Source: Eledone cirrhosa (Eukaryota). Taken from it: a stretch of 64,000 nt of DNA. The position numbers and the translations under genes are program-made. The stretch is taken from NCBI GenBank assembly GCA_964016885.1, contig OZ024743.1, positions 239,072,001-239,136,000 on the forward strand, written 5' to 3'. The notes beneath the pieces were generated by a model. That model was not told the origin of the DNA and made no database searches. It saw only the letters and a program-made list of their open reading frames with translations. Positions 14,091 to 28,234 of the stretch are shown here, piece by piece. Each line of letters begins with the position of its first letter. The stretch's first letter is position 1.

Positions 14091-14277
14091 AAAATGTATG
14101 ACCCCGACGGCAGAGCTCAATCCCTTTCGACGGCTATTTCTGGACTGAAATAGCCGTCGAAACGGCTTGAGCTCTGCCGTCGGGGTCATACATTTTCCTA
14201 TTACACACTCTGCTACCCTAAGTATTCAGTACTCTGGTGCGTTATGGTCCATCTTGTTCCTTACCACAACTCCTTCG

Positions 14278-14279
<2 letters not shown>
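14087..14279 (+). mobile_element. Hairpin-plus-tail mini-element family B, copy 1
   Basis: Palindrome 14087-14201 plus about 80-nt tail ending ...ccttcgtt(at)n. Confidence 0.85.
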
Positions 14280-14348
<69 letters not shown>

Positions 14349-14351
<3 letters not shown>

Positions 14352-14642
14352 TTGCGAGTTTTTTTATATGAAATCGTGTGTCGAAACAGATATTGTTATA
14401 CTTGGGGAGGGTCATATTTGCGTAATATTGCCAGAATTAATAACAGAACACACTCACTGTTTGGTTGGTTTTCGCTTCTCGCTGTCTTTTATTATATCTG
14501 CGATCAATGGCAACATTGAGGACCGAGTAAGTTAGATCGCAGATATAATAAAAGACAGCGAGAAGCGAAAACCAACCAAACAGTGAGTGTGTTCTGTTAT
14601 TAATTCTGGCAATATTACGCAAATATGACCCTCCCCAAGTAT

Positions 14643-14650
<8 letters not shown>
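14349..14650. mobile_element. Fold-back of PLE 3' end (family C)
   Basis: Perfect 116-bp arms 14390-14505 and 14535-14650; the terminus atgaccctccccaagtataacaata is shared with the ends near 23822, 47408 and 48053. Confidence 0.85.
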
Positions 14651-14675
<25 letters not shown>

Positions 14676-15726
14676 ACATAGAAAGAGAGTGAGATGGGGT
14701 GACTATTGATGTTTTTTTAAATTTTATTTGATTTATGAAGTGGGAAAAGAATTCCATGCCTAATACGCTTTTAGACATATGAAAACGTCAGTTCTCTGAA
14801 AATGTACTCTTCTCCTCCTTCTCCGCATCCCCCTCCATTGATGTATTTAACCCTTATATATTTTTTTTTTTTTTTTTTTTTAATGGGTGAGGGGCTATTG
14901 ATAAAGAATAGCTTGTTGCTGATATCTCGTTGTTCATATTTCGTCCCAGCTTAATCTTGATTAAGCAGACTTATGATAGAATGTTTCAGTAGTGGTCACC
15001 CCCTTTCTCTTTCAGGTTAAAAATAGATTTAAATTATACAATTTGTTCATTTATATTTTAGGATGGTAGGATTCAATTCATACTTTATTGAAAGTCTAAC
15101 TGGTTTGAGGGGTTCAAAAAATTCACTGGGCTGCTCATTTGAAGAATCAAATTGAAACTCTGAGTGCTGATCCAAAAGCTGATACAAGATTTCAACGAGA
15201 AATAAAACAAGTTGTAGAAGAGGAAAACTGTAATGACGGGCATATCTAATTGGAATAAACTGCTTTATTTTCTTTTGGGAAGACATTTTACATACAAAAT
15301 GCAATTAAACATATTAGAACCTTGGCAGCAAGTAACACTAAGTAACGTGAGAGTTCTATGGAAAGATCGTTTGCTTCATTGTGCAGATATTTATGTTTCA
15401 TGAGTTCAACGATAGCAAGTTCGGTAACTCATCAACAGCGAACATGTGATTAGGGTGACCATGAAATGTACAGGCGGCGACAACAGCAAAATCAGCAGCA
15501 AGAGCAGCGGCAGTCACGGCAATAACAGTAGCGACAGCACCACCATCACCACCACTACCACCATCATCACCATCGCCACCATCACCACGACAAGAAGATG
15601 CAACACAAACAACAAAAACAAAAGTAACAAAAACAATTGCGACAACATTACCAGCAACAACAATAAATATAAAGGCAACATGAACATCTACAGCAACAAC
15701 AGCAATATTAAGAACATCAGTGCACA

Positions 15727-15875
15727 AAGAAGAAGAAGAAGAAGAAGAAGAAGAAGAAGAAGAAGAAGAAGAAGAAGAAGAACAACAACAACAACAACAA
15801 CAACACGAACAACAACAACAACAACAACACGAACAACAACAACAACAACAACACGAACAACAACAACAACAACAA
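15727..15875. repeat. (GAA)n/(CAA)n compound microsatellite
   Basis: Direct reading. Confidence 0.9.
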
Positions 15876-16237
15876 TACATTCGTAGCCATGGTTGCAAAA
15901 CCAGCTGAAATTTTCACAATAGACATAAACAATGAGATGACCATTTCACAGAGGCGGCTAGATTAATTAAGCGGCAAAACACAAGAGTTGAAATAGCCGT
16001 CCTACCCGAGGTGTGGGTGGCAAGGGGAAAAATACTCTGATCTACAAAATAATTTCCGTAAATCGTGACGGCAAGAAGTTGCACCACAAAGTGACTGCAA
16101 AAATGCACTGAAAGACATTATGCCCGTAGTAGAGCAAAGCAATACGCGATATGTTTAGAGATCCTCCTACATGACAAACACGAAAAGATAGAAAATATAC
16201 CTGACCTCATTTGCCTACGGATGGCGTGCTTCTAAAT

Positions 16238-16506
16238 CAGGCATGGGTAACCTTTTTCGAGAAGCGGGCCGCATGAGATATGGCTCATCATCAGGCGGGC
16301 CGCAAGCGCTAATTTACATTCTTGCCAACATTAAAAAAGAGGGCAGTAACTCAAGTTGTTTTGATTTGTTTCTTCAGAATTCATACACATTGTTTTCCTC
16401 GATCGTAAAAATGATAGAAAGATAAATTACGACTGAAAATTTGGGGTAAAAAAATCTTAGGTGAGCCATTTAGAAAGCTTCGCGGGCCGCAAGTTTCCCA
16501 TGACTG
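16238..16506. mobile_element. hAT (Charlie-type) MITE
   Basis: TIRs CAGGCATGGGTAACCT and AGTTTCCCATGACTG; exact 8-bp TSD TTCTAAAT at 16230-16237 and 16507-16514; subterminal GCGGGCCGCA motifs. Confidence 0.9.
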
Positions 16507-16599
16507 TTCTAAATGCTGTCAGTGAGGGCAAAAATCTATGTTGTCATTTTTAGGGAGATACAAACCATCTGGGAGATTTTTGCCCTCAACAGAAGACGG

Positions 16600-17485
16600 G
16601 GAGCCACAGTGCTCAATTGCTACCTATCCCAGGACCCCCAAAATCCACAAAAACAACAACACCTACTGCAAAACACTACAACTGCGGCATCAACTTCAGT
16701 AGCAGCAGCAACATCAACAGTCACACCAACATCCGCTGCAACACCAACACCATAATGAACAGCAACTCTAGCAACACAACCAACTGCATTAGCAGAAGCA
16801 CCAGCAAATCCACTACCACCACCAAAACCAGCAACAGAACTACCACCAACAACAACAGCAACAGCAAGAATCATAAAATCTACCCAGAGAGACTGCCAAC
16901 ACAGCTCTTCCTCTCCCGCTTTTCCAAAACCAATATCACATACGAGAACACAAACCCACAAACAATATCACAAACATTGCAACAAATACATCAACCCACA
17001 AAAAGAATACACATGCAACAACCACGAAAGCAGACAGGCAAATTCATAAACAATCAAACATACACAAAAAACTTTATCGAAGCGTAGGAGGAATCCATCA
17101 TGAGGTTAACCCCACCGACTTCTTTCGACCGGGGAGAGCTGGCAGTTTTCCTCTGTCTGGTTGCAGTAGCAAAAGAGATGGTGAAGTGGACGGGGATGAA
17201 AAGGCTAAAGACAGACAATTTCATCTTGGAATGGAAGGTGAGAGAGGGGAGTAAACTACCCACTCCTAGTACATTTGATAAGAGGTTGGTGAATATAGCG
17301 AGGATGGACCGAGGGAATAGGCGTACTCTGAATATGCAACTATAGGCTGAAGAGTTTAGCGAGAAAAGGAGCACCTTCCAGATTAGGGTGGTTTAGTATC
17401 TGTGGGGTTCCTAAGCTACTCTTTGCTGGTACTCCTCCTATTGAAGAATTTTATTGCTATTAATTCATTGTAAATGTTTTCCTTT
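16600..17485 (+). mobile_element. Internally deleted L1/Tx1-like element (ORF1-like 5' part fused to ORF2 C-terminus)
   Basis: 17090-17345 reads ESIMRLTPPTSF...AVFLCLVAVAKEMVKWT, homologous to 12220-12330; the A/C-rich upstream part resembles 8400-9050. Confidence 0.65.
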
Positions 17486-17880
17486 TTTATTCGTCCGAGA
17501 GAAAACGGATTTCAGTTTCAAAATCTACGCCCGGGAGCGGATTTTGGTGCAAATGGAGTTTCTTAATTCAGAAAGGGATTAAAGAAAAAAAAACCTCCTA
17601 CACAAAAAGAGGAAATAATTGTTTCTACTTTTGGCACAAGGCCAGCAATTATCCCAGTGTATTACTGGTGCTTTATTTTATCGACACCGTAAGGTTGAAA
17701 GGCAAAGTTGCTAAAGTGCACAACATACAACTCCATTGAGTAAATTTCAATTGAAACCGTCTTGGAGGCGATTGACGGGGACGGGCTACCGGGAGAGACA
17801 TGGGTTGTCATGGAGCATAAAAAATTGAAACAAAGGCAATCTATGGAGAAAATTGCCCGGCAACGACGGGCTACTCTGTT

Positions 17881-17916
<36 letters not shown>

Positions 17917-19724
17917 TAGAAATGATTAAAATCGAAGTTGCGACACTCGCCCAGCATCCACGAAAAATAAACAACAATATTCAGAAGCTTTGCGCGAAGC
18001 ACTCAATAAGAAGATGTCGATAAATCGATAAGTTACATCTTAGAGTATTAAACATACGTTAGATGGCATGAGAAATTGAAAACTGTGGTTAAGGGTACAA
18101 AGCTGCAGAAGCCACCACAACAACGAAAATACAATCAGGTTAAATAACAAACCTGGACCATATCGATGGATATTATACAATATCCTCGATGGGTTTCTGT
18201 GAAATATGCAAGCTTGTAGAATTTGTAGAGTTTGATGATATATACATACATCTATATTAACAGTGGTACTAATAACCGTGATTTATAATAGAAGCATATT
18301 TATGTTTAGTAAATGTAGATATGGGTATTTTAATCTAGCTCAGAGACCTTATGAGAACGCCAAACACTAGTAGTTCAGGATTTTTACGCATCTTCAGTGA
18401 GGTATATTCACGCGGTACAGCGCAAAAATAAGCTAACAGCTTGATATTTGCTAATAATACATATATGGAGATGCTAATTTGCATATAGTGCGTGATTGAC
18501 TGGCTGGCCTTATTCAGTCGTGATACTAATACAGACGTGATCCATCATAGAGGTGTATATGAAAGCGTTCATCTATCTTTGGTCCGTCATCGTGCGTACA
18601 TTGTGGCGTCTATATTTTCAGATTTCCTAATGTTTCGTAATTGAAACAAATACATATGTATATAAGCGTATACATATTTATGTACGCACACAGACACACA
18701 CACACACACACACATTCTCTCTCTCTCTTTTATATTTTATATTCAATTACAGGGTGTAGGGGAAGGGAAGAAAATATTGACTTTGAATAAATCTAACCCC
18801 ACATAATAAAGTGTAATGAAAAGTGAGATGGAATTCTAACGAATTAAATGTTGTACAAGTATTGAGTTACTTTTTACATATATATATAATGATATATATC
18901 TATATATATATATATATATGCGAACCAACTTTTTATTTACTTTTGTAAGCATGTTTGTCTATGACTACACGTGTTCGTGACATGAACGCAGATGTGACAG
19001 TGTAGACATCGCACATATGTTTGTGTGTAAATTTACTTGTACCAGTATGTGCACGTATAAGTATGACTGCCCTGCGTCATATATGTATACATGAGTGTCT
19101 ATATATGTTTGTCTTGTATATGTACGTAAACGTATGCCTGTATATGTTTGTCTGTACGTGTGTATAGGCATTCAATTGCTAAATTAATTACAACCACTAA
19201 GTTTCTAGTTTTGATGTAGGCCCTTCGGAAATAAAGTTGGCTTCTAGTCGTCCTTATCTGTTTCACTTATCTTCCTGAACGTGATTACGTTAGTGAGAAC
19301 AGAACTGCCTTGAAACCCAGCTTTGTCTTTCTTCTTTCTCTAGAACATTCTTTATTCTCTACCAACTTTCCGCACCTCAACACCACTGTATCACACACAC
19401 GCATGAGCACGCACACACAAACACACACACACACACATTCACGCGTCCGCGCGCACACACATGCTCACGCGCACGCATGCGTGCACACACACGCACACGC
19501 ACGCACACACACATACACACCAACATATTTCTATTTTTCATTCGTTTAGTATTTCGTACTAAATCTTTCCACTTTCTTTCATTCTATTTGTCTTTGGTTC
19601 TCATCCATTCCATAATTGGATACCGAAATATCTTATATTTGGCTACGGCCCTGCACACACACACACGCACGCAGGCACACACACATATATATATATACAT
19701 ATATATATATATAGGTAAAATCGA

Positions 19725-19772
<48 letters not shown>

Positions 19773-19795
19773 TATATATATATATATAAATAAAT

Positions 19796-19984
19796 AACGA
19801 AGGAAGTGTGGTAAGGAACCAGGTGGACCACAACGCACCAAAGTACTCGATAGTTAGGGTAGTAGAGTGGGTAATAGGAAAGGAGCCAGGACCCGGGCGG
19901 TTGAGCTCTGGCTGTTTCGGCAGCTAGACTTGGACTAACTCAGTAGTGTACACTACAGCCGTCGAGGTCCTGACGCTTTTCCTA
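19796..19984 (-). mobile_element. Hairpin-plus-tail mini-element family B, copy 2 (diverged)
   Basis: Same tail (aacgaaggaagtgtggtaaggaaccagg...) and same ttcctat boundary as the copy at 14087. Confidence 0.8.
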
Positions 19985-20011
19985 TATATATAAATACACA
20001 CGCACACGCAC

Positions 20012-20129
<118 letters not shown>

Positions 20130-20177
20130 GTATAAACAGATATATATATATATATACATATATATATTTCATTTATA

Positions 20178-20769
20178 TCTACTATATAAATTGGAAGTGT
20201 TCGGACGTTGTATATGTAGGTGTAGTCGGATAAACGTCGAAACGGCTTGGTTGAATGCCGTGAGAATTTACACAGTTATGCAGAATGAACTCAGGAGGCG
20301 TTGGCTCGACTTTTAGAGTACAATCTTCGATGGTTACGGAGAAAATCGATGAAACAGGAATTTCCCATTCAAATTGAACTGAGAGTAATCTGTGAACGCA
20401 GAAGTAAATATTTCGAGAAACGTTCCAACCGAAGGAAAACAGGAAGACCATATTTTGGTTCGTGAAGACGTTCCCTGGCAATGAACGAAAAAAAAAAGCG
20501 AGGATAATACGTCGTTATGTGGAGCGCGAAGAACAATTTCATGCAAAGACAAGACCAAGTTTATGGTATAAATGGAGCCGTTAGACTAATATTCTATTTA
20601 ACATAACAGAATGATTTCCAGCCCCGGAGTTTAAGAATGATGTAAATAAAATTGAAAACGAAAATGACAGAGGTTATTAAAATTGTAAAAGTAAATACTG
20701 AAGATTTAGGCCAGTACATACGTATGCCCCGACGGACATACATATACATACGCACACACAAATACATAC

Positions 20770-20804
<35 letters not shown>

Positions 20805-21251
20805 CGCTCGCGCGCGTGTATAAACCTTATGCATTTCTACAGTATTTTCACCAAACTTAAGACGTAGGTTACTTATGTACTCCGGATGGTCATGGGCACT
20901 TTCATTTTTACAGATATTGATTATAGGGCCTCCCAGCAGATAACCCCCTTTAACCACTTCCTTGGAGTCGACTGAAGAACTGCAGTGCAATGCAACAAAA
21001 CGTCATAACTTCTGGAGTTCGCAACCGATTTTCACAAAACTTGACACATGGGCTACATTTGTCCTACAGATGAATGTGAACTCTCAGAATTGGCACATAT
21101 TGAGTAGGGGACCCCTGGTGGCAGGAACCCTCTTTTGGAAAAAGCTGATGATTTTGTAAAAGTATAGTTTTCGAAGTAGCACTGAAGTATTGACATAAAT
21201 GGTATACAGAACTGTATATAATACCCGAGCAACGCCGAGTACCTCTGGTAG
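20178..21251 (+). mobile_element. Non-autonomous Helitron-like element
   Basis: 5' a|TCTACTATATAAA; 3' hairpin tacccgagcaacgccgagta then ctggtag|t (degenerate CTAG). A similar 3' end lies at 17855-17883. Confidence 0.5.
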
Positions 21252-21654
21252 TATATATATATAGGTAAAATCGACACAAATGGAACATTGGAACGAACTA
21301 CGGAACATCGTAAGAAAAAGGAATTCAACAAAAATGATATAAGAAGATAGACACAAAATACTAAAAAAAGCAAGGACGACGGAAGTACAGTGAAAATAAT
21401 TGTGCCGAATGGAAAGTGGAAAAAAGGAACTGAAATTGTGGGTTAAGCCCTTATCGATGTAAAGTAAGAAAAGAAATGGATAACGTAGAAATGTAGAGTT
21501 AGAACAATAACAGATGTATTTCAAATGACTACATGAATGTATTTATATATGTATATTGTATGTATGCAAAAAGTAAACAGAAACGACAATGCACAAAACA
21601 CGGTACAATGAAGGAATATATTAATTTAACGTTTGATATAGTAGGAAGAGTGTA

Positions 21655-21688
21655 TTTATGTTTCGGACACCAGTCCTTCTTCAGAAGT
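21655..21688 (-). ncRNA. Minimal hammerhead motif (family D)
   Basis: Reverse complement: actt CTGAAGA aGGAC-tggt-GTCC GAAA ca TA aat. Confidence 0.6.
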
Positions 21689-21928
21689 TAGAGCGAGAAA
21701 TAAAAGGTGAGATAGAAAGTTAGAGAGCAGAGAGGAACAGAAAAAAATATTTTATGGAAAAAGCACGTGTGTATTCAGTCAGCCATTTTGTATATATATA
21801 TATATATGAAAAAGATAACATTTTTTTTACAAAAACAATATAAAAAATTAGTATATATATAGTTCAAGCAGACAAGAAACAGAGGTACAAAAGGTATTAT
21901 TAGTTTCACGCTTTAGATTGGAAAGTAA

Positions 21929-21964
21929 GTTCGACGTATCGGGCTTAAGCCCTTCTTCAGGAGT
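21929..21964 (-). ncRNA. Decayed minimal hammerhead motif
   Basis: Reverse complement: actc CTGAAGA aGGGC-ttaa-GCCC GATA cg TC gaa (GAAA>GATA). Confidence 0.55.
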
Positions 21965-22118
21965 ACAAATAGAGACAGGATTGCAATAGAGAAACAGAAA
22001 AAAGGTCCAGTAAAAATACAAAGGAATATATATATATATATATATACACATATATCGTGAGATAAAAACCGTAGCCACCAAGACATGCGCCTTCACAGGA
22101 AAATTGTTATCACTGGAT

Positions 22119-22153
<35 letters not shown>

Positions 22154-22214
22154 CGTATATATATATATATATACGTATATATATATATATATATATATAC
22201 GTATATATATATAT

Positions 22215-22400
22215 CTTTGGGAGCCCCTACATGGACACACTAGAAGAGGAAGACCAAGGTTAACATATGTTGATGCCCTAAGGACAGACACTGGTCTGTT
22301 GGAGATGCAGGATATGGCAGCGATAATGAGGGACAGAGACCGCTGGAGAGAACCCGTCCATGGATCTCGGGAATTTTACCCGCCTTAGATAGATAGATAT
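22215..22400 (+). mobile_element. RTE-clade LINE 3' fragment with (GATA)n tail
   Basis: [27 protein letters not shown]...MRDRDRWR* followed by tagatagatagat. Confidence 0.8.
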
Positions 22401-22804
22401 ATACGTATGCATATTACGTAAATACGATTCTGGGCCGAATGCTCAAACCACTAAACCAGTACCTTTAAATGATACACACCGACACAGATATTGCATGATA
22501 TACAGACGAGCACGGATCGACATTTAAACGTGCAAATAGTCACACAGGCTGATATGATAAGGTAATGCAATAGATCACAACACGCTTAAATCTGCAGATA
22601 GACAGACAAGCTGATGTAGTATAGATCTTAGATATATTTACACAGGTAGATCAAATAATAAACAGACTGGGATTCTCCGTCGCATTCCACGATGAACGCT
22701 CAGTTATTCAAACATGTAACTTCCTATATGTGAAATTATCGCGTAATTAGCTGCGTACTCCACAGACATGTACCATTTATAGTAGGGAAAAGCATACACA
22801 TACA

Positions 22805-22863
<59 letters not shown>

Positions 22864-22864
22864 C

Positions 22865-22913
<49 letters not shown>

Positions 22914-23184
22914 TCTCTCTCTCTCTCTCTCTCACATACACAACCGATTGCGCAATTCGTGGGAAATCAGGAAATTTGTAACATGTGCGTCATAATGAAA
23001 ATGATCTTAATAGTTGATCATTATAGATAATAGCGGAGAAAACACTTTCCAATACTCTCCAAGTCTACCATTTGTATATACATATGTGTGTATATGTGTA
23101 TGTGGGTGTATATGTGTGCGCATGTACACACATTTATATATATAAGCATGTACATGCGCACATATATATATATATATATATATG

Positions 23185-23823
23185 TTCTTTGTTTTTGTGC
23201 CTCTCCTTTGTTCTGTCCTACGCCATCTTGTTTTTGTGTGTGTTGCGTGCTTAATTTGCGCATGTGTTACATCCGGGTGTCTGTGAGTGTTTATATTTGT
23301 TTCTTTATTTGTTTATTTACATGTTACTGTTTGTTTGTTTGTTCTATGTGTGTGTCAACCGACATGGCTTGCGTAAGCCCATGCAGCGCTCGCGCAATAG
23401 AGAGACCGCACGCTCTCCAACAGATTTGCGCAAGCCATGTCGGTTGACACACACATAGAACAAACAACCAACCAGTAACATGTACATAAACAAATAAATA
23501 AACAAATATAAACAGCCACAGACACCCGGATGTAACACATGCGCAAACTAAGCACGCAACACACACAAAAACAAGATGGCGTAGGACAGAACAAAGGAGA
23601 GGCACAAAAACAAAGAAAAGAATCCCCAGTCACTGAAGAGGTCACAGAATGTGTGACGAAAGAACTTTGACAATATATGAACAACCGTCCGGTTATGGAA
23701 CCAACCAACCAACCGGAAATTTATAAATTCTTAACTTTATAAATTTAATTTATAATAAATTGGAGTGAAACACTGGTGCGTGTGTTTCTTATTGGCAACA
23801 TGACCCTCCCAGAGCATAACAAT
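23185..23823 (+). mobile_element. PLE 3' end (family C) with 5' fold-back and hammerhead
   Basis: Arms 23185-23373 and 23429-23617, then the HHR, then the family C terminus; TA flanks. Confidence 0.85.
23629..23671 (+). ncRNA. Type I hammerhead ribozyme
   Basis: gtca CTGAAGA gGTCACA-gaatg-TGTGAC GAAA gaac TT tgac. Confidence 0.82.
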
Positions 23824-24028
23824 ATATATATATATATGTAGGATGATATTTGTTTTTGAAATGCGTGGAACTCTTTTAACCCTCTTTTGATCTTACATTA
23901 TATATATATATATATATATATATATGCGTGTGTGTGCGTATATATATGTGTATATATGTATATATGCATATATGTATGTATATATATTAACAAATGTATT
24001 TATGTAAATGTATACACACTCACACACA

Positions 24029-24134
<106 letters not shown>

Positions 24135-24376
24135 AATGAAAAATGGCGTGCTGTGTTGTTGCGATTGTGATACATATGAAGTAAAAATTAGAAAGAGAAG
24201 CCAGGATATCCACCATCAGTGATCTACTAGCCATCATAGGTATTTCTTCGCATTAAAGATCATATACCTCAGGCTAGCGCGAACAATAACTAAAATAAGT
24301 TATTGGGATAAAAAGAATTCGGTTGAGAAAGAGAGACAGGTGAACAAACAAGAATGGTGAGGAAACGTAAAGAGAG

Positions 24377-24408
<32 letters not shown>

Positions 24409-24410
<2 letters not shown>

Positions 24411-24582
24411 CGAAGGAAATGTGGTAAGGAACCAGGTGGACCATAACGCACCAAAGTACTCAATACTTGAGGTAGTAGAGTGGGTAATAGGAACCAGTAA
24501 GACCCCGACAGCTGGGCTCAAGCCGTTTCGACGGCTAATTCTTATAGATAATAGCGTCGAAACGGCTTGAGCCCAGCTGGTT

Positions 24583-24586
<4 letters not shown>
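24409..24586 (-). mobile_element. Hairpin-plus-tail mini-element family B, copy 3
   Basis: Same tail; fold-back cagctgggctcaagccgtttcgacg...cgtcgaaacggcttgagcccagctg. Confidence 0.85.
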
Positions 24587-24641
<55 letters not shown>

Positions 24642-25451
24642 TGCATATATATATATATACACGCACGCACATAGAAATTTCGGTTTGCATGTGTTGGGTC
24701 TTGTGCAGCGTTACTCTTGCTAATTGATCATCTTCATATGTTTGCGCCATTTGCAAGCAGAGACGCTGTTGTGTGTGCTTGTGTGTATGTGTGTGTGTCT
24801 GTGCGTATGTGTATGTGTGTGTGTATGTGTGTGTCGTTTGTCGTTCTAAGCTCATCAGTCAACAACGTCATTGGTTAGAGTTCATGCGGCGGATAATCCG
24901 ACATTTTTTACACTCTCTGCTAGGTATGTAGCTTGGGAGCATCGTATGTGTCTGTGTCTGTGTGAGTGTGTGTTAATCTGCATATGTGGGGATAACTTTG
25001 TTTGTGTGTGTATATATTTATATACGTGTGTCTTTCCGTGTATTTGTTTTATATGTACGTGTGTGTTTTTGCATATTAGTGATACATGAGTATGTTTGAC
25101 AGTGTAGGTTAAAGTACATTAACATATGCTTCCCCAACCTTCTCACTACCGACTTGACAACCATTGGGTGGGGTATGTATGACATGGCTTTTGTTTTCTA
25201 CTTGTTTGCTGCAGAAGTGGGTTATTAAGAACACCACTGTGCCTCTTCAGTACTCCTACCGTCTATTGTAAAGGAAGGAGTTTAACAATAAAATGAGAGA
25301 ATGATAGATTGAAAGGGGGGGGGGGGGGGGTAAGAATGTAAGACGCAGCTAATCAGGGAGAAAGTGATGCATTTGATGAACAGAAAGACACACAAACATA
25401 TATGTATGTATCTATGTGTGTGTGTGTGCGTGTGTGTATATATATATATAT

Positions 25452-25494
<43 letters not shown>

Positions 25495-25552
25495 CACACA
25501 CACACGCACATATATATATATATGTGTGCGTATGTGTGTGTCTATATATATA

Positions 25553-25585
<33 letters not shown>

Positions 25586-25821
25586 TGAGGGAGAGCGGGG
25601 ATAAGATAGACAAACACAAAAAAGACAGTTAAAAAGATATGGTGTGGGAATGAATGAGAATTGTAATGACAGGAACGAGTGTCTGTGGATTAATTGAATA
25701 ACAACGGATATCCGGAATACAACACACGTGGAGAGAGATATCACCTTTCAAACCCCGCTCACTCCCTCGCACTCTCTCACTCCCTCGCTCTCTCTCTCGC
25801 TCTCTCTCTCGCTCTCTCTGT

Positions 25822-25877
<56 letters not shown>

Positions 25878-26369
25878 GTGTCTCTCCCCTCTCTGTCTCT
25901 TTCCCTCTCTCTTTCTCTGTCGTAGTCTCTCTATTTCTCTCCCACTCTTCCACTCGGTCCCTTCAATTATTCTCCATCTTGCTCTTCTTCCGCTTTCTTC
26001 ATCTCCCGTACACTTCCGCTCACATTTTAACTTCATCCTTCCACTTACGTTCCTATCTCAATGATGATATTTCATTGGCCATGTTCCCCTTCTATTCTTT
26101 CTGGATATTTCTCTCTGTCCTATCATTCTCCCTCTTATATCATTCTATCTCATTCCTTTCTTTACTCCTTCTCTCTCGCATCTTTCTTTCTGTCCTCTCT
26201 CTCATTCCGTTCACTATCTCCCTCACCCTCTCTATTAGCATCTCTCTCATCCACACTGCTCTACACAATGTTCTCTCTCTACATAAAAATATATTTGTTT
26301 ATAAAGGTGGTATCCATTTTCTATCCATGTACACAACAATATCTACCTATATACATACACACACACACA

Positions 26370-26480
<111 letters not shown>

Positions 26481-26917
26481 GCATATATGTGTGCGCATAA
26501 TTATATATCTATCAATCAATTAGTTAATATACATGTGCATATATATGTATGTTCAAATATATATTTATATATATGTGTGTGTTTGTGTGTGTAAAGTACA
26601 CACACATTTGTACCCCTCACCTCCAGTTAGTGGACCTTACATCCTCATATCTTGTTCCCTTATTTATATATAAATTTGTTTTTCCTGTTTACTTTTCCCC
26701 TTTATTTACTATCGTTATGTGTTTCGTTTTTTTTTTCATTTAATATTAATATATCTTTCCTTTCTTTCTTTCTATTTTCTCCTTCTTCCCCTATTTTATT
26801 TTATTTTTTCTATTTACATATTGTTCTTTTCTTTCGTCATGTAAACACTGTTCCATTTTGATTCCATGTGTATGAGTGTAGGCTTCTTTCTCTCTCTCTC
26901 TCTCTCTCTCTCACCCC

Positions 26918-27029
<112 letters not shown>

Positions 27030-27714
27030 TTATATATACATATATATATATTCACACACATATATGCATGTGTTTATATATATGTACGCCTATATATATG
27101 CGTGAGTGTAAATATATGTATGCCTGTGTATATTCATGTGAGTGTGAATGTATATATATATATGTATCTGTTTGTGTTTCTGTGTATATGTATGTGTGTG
27201 TAAGTGTCTCTCTGTCTGTCATTTATTTGTATTTTACATTAATTTATGATTATCCTCTATTCGTTCCTACCGTTTTCTATATGACACACCCCGTAATCCA
27301 GTATCCTACCTCATCATCTTCTTACTTCTATATATTGTCCTCTGCTGCACTGTATTGTATTGTCGTCTACTGTTCCATGCTAACATGTACATCACCGGCC
27401 AGCACAATGCATTATTATCCTAACTCTAACCCTCTCTCCCCAACCTATCCATAACCGCAAACAATCCTGCCCACCCTTCCATCTCCATCATCAATAACAC
27501 TGCAAACCTAGCTCAAGTATTTCTTGCTTCCCTACTCCTTCATCTTACAATATCAACTTAAAAAATACACTGCCCACAAATACTTAGGCCTACACCCACC
27601 CCCTTTACTTGATCAACACACCTTCACACGGAAACATTCCGCCTATCCTCCCATACCACTAAACCCTCATCTTTTTTCTCTCTTTTTTTTTCTATTTTGG
27701 TTTATCTCGACAGC

Positions 27715-28185
27715 TTATTTGAGCTTAACAAAGCTTAACTTAAACTCAGCTTAGCCACGAATAGGTCAGGTTTGATGAACTTAGCATCGTTGAGAGGAGG
27801 TGAGATGAGCTGATTTCAGCTTAGCTGAGAAAAGGTGTGTTGAGCTGAAAAGCTTAGTGGAAAAGATGTGAGATGAGCTGAAGCTAGAATCACTGAGAGG
27901 AGGTGAGTTGAGCTAATGTTAACTGAGGCGAGATAAGCTGTTGTTAGCGTTCGCGAACCTGAGCTAATGTTTCCTTGGGCTTATTGAGGTAATGTTAGCT
28001 TAGGCCTGATGAGCTGATCCTAGATTAGACGAGATGGGATGATCTTTACATTGTTGAGAAGAGCTGAAATGAAAATAAAATAGGAAAGAGATGAGAGGAG
28101 ATGAGATGTATTTAGCAAAGCTGTAAAGCTATGAAATGAACTGAACTTCTCTGAGAGACAGTGGTTTGAACAACATCTGAACTTG
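27715..28185. repeat. Degenerate GAGATGAGCTGA/TTAGCT-based tandem repeat
   Basis: Recurrent tgagaggaggtgagatgagctga-like units. Confidence 0.6.
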
Positions 28186-28198
28186 CAGAAGAAAAGAG

Positions 28199-28234
28199 TC
28201 TTTAGATTTCGCACACTATTCCTTCATCAGAAGA
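28199..28234 (-). ncRNA. Decayed hammerhead motif (family D)
   Basis: Reverse complement: tctt CTGATGA aggaatagtgtgc GAAA tc TA aaga. Confidence 0.5.

Larger units (their letters stand above)
13780..15060. mobile_element. Element with about 260-280 bp diverged inverted repeats enclosing two younger palindromes
   Basis: 13784-14042 is the reverse complement of 14777-15058 with scattered substitutions and indels; no TSD seen. Confidence 0.8.

Noticed and set aside
15398-15944. Poly-Q/E/T ORFs
   Set aside because: Trinucleotide repeats with no domain or splice support.
18365-18402. Minus-strand CTGAAGA...GAAC motif
   Set aside because: Stem II does not pair and the core is mutated.
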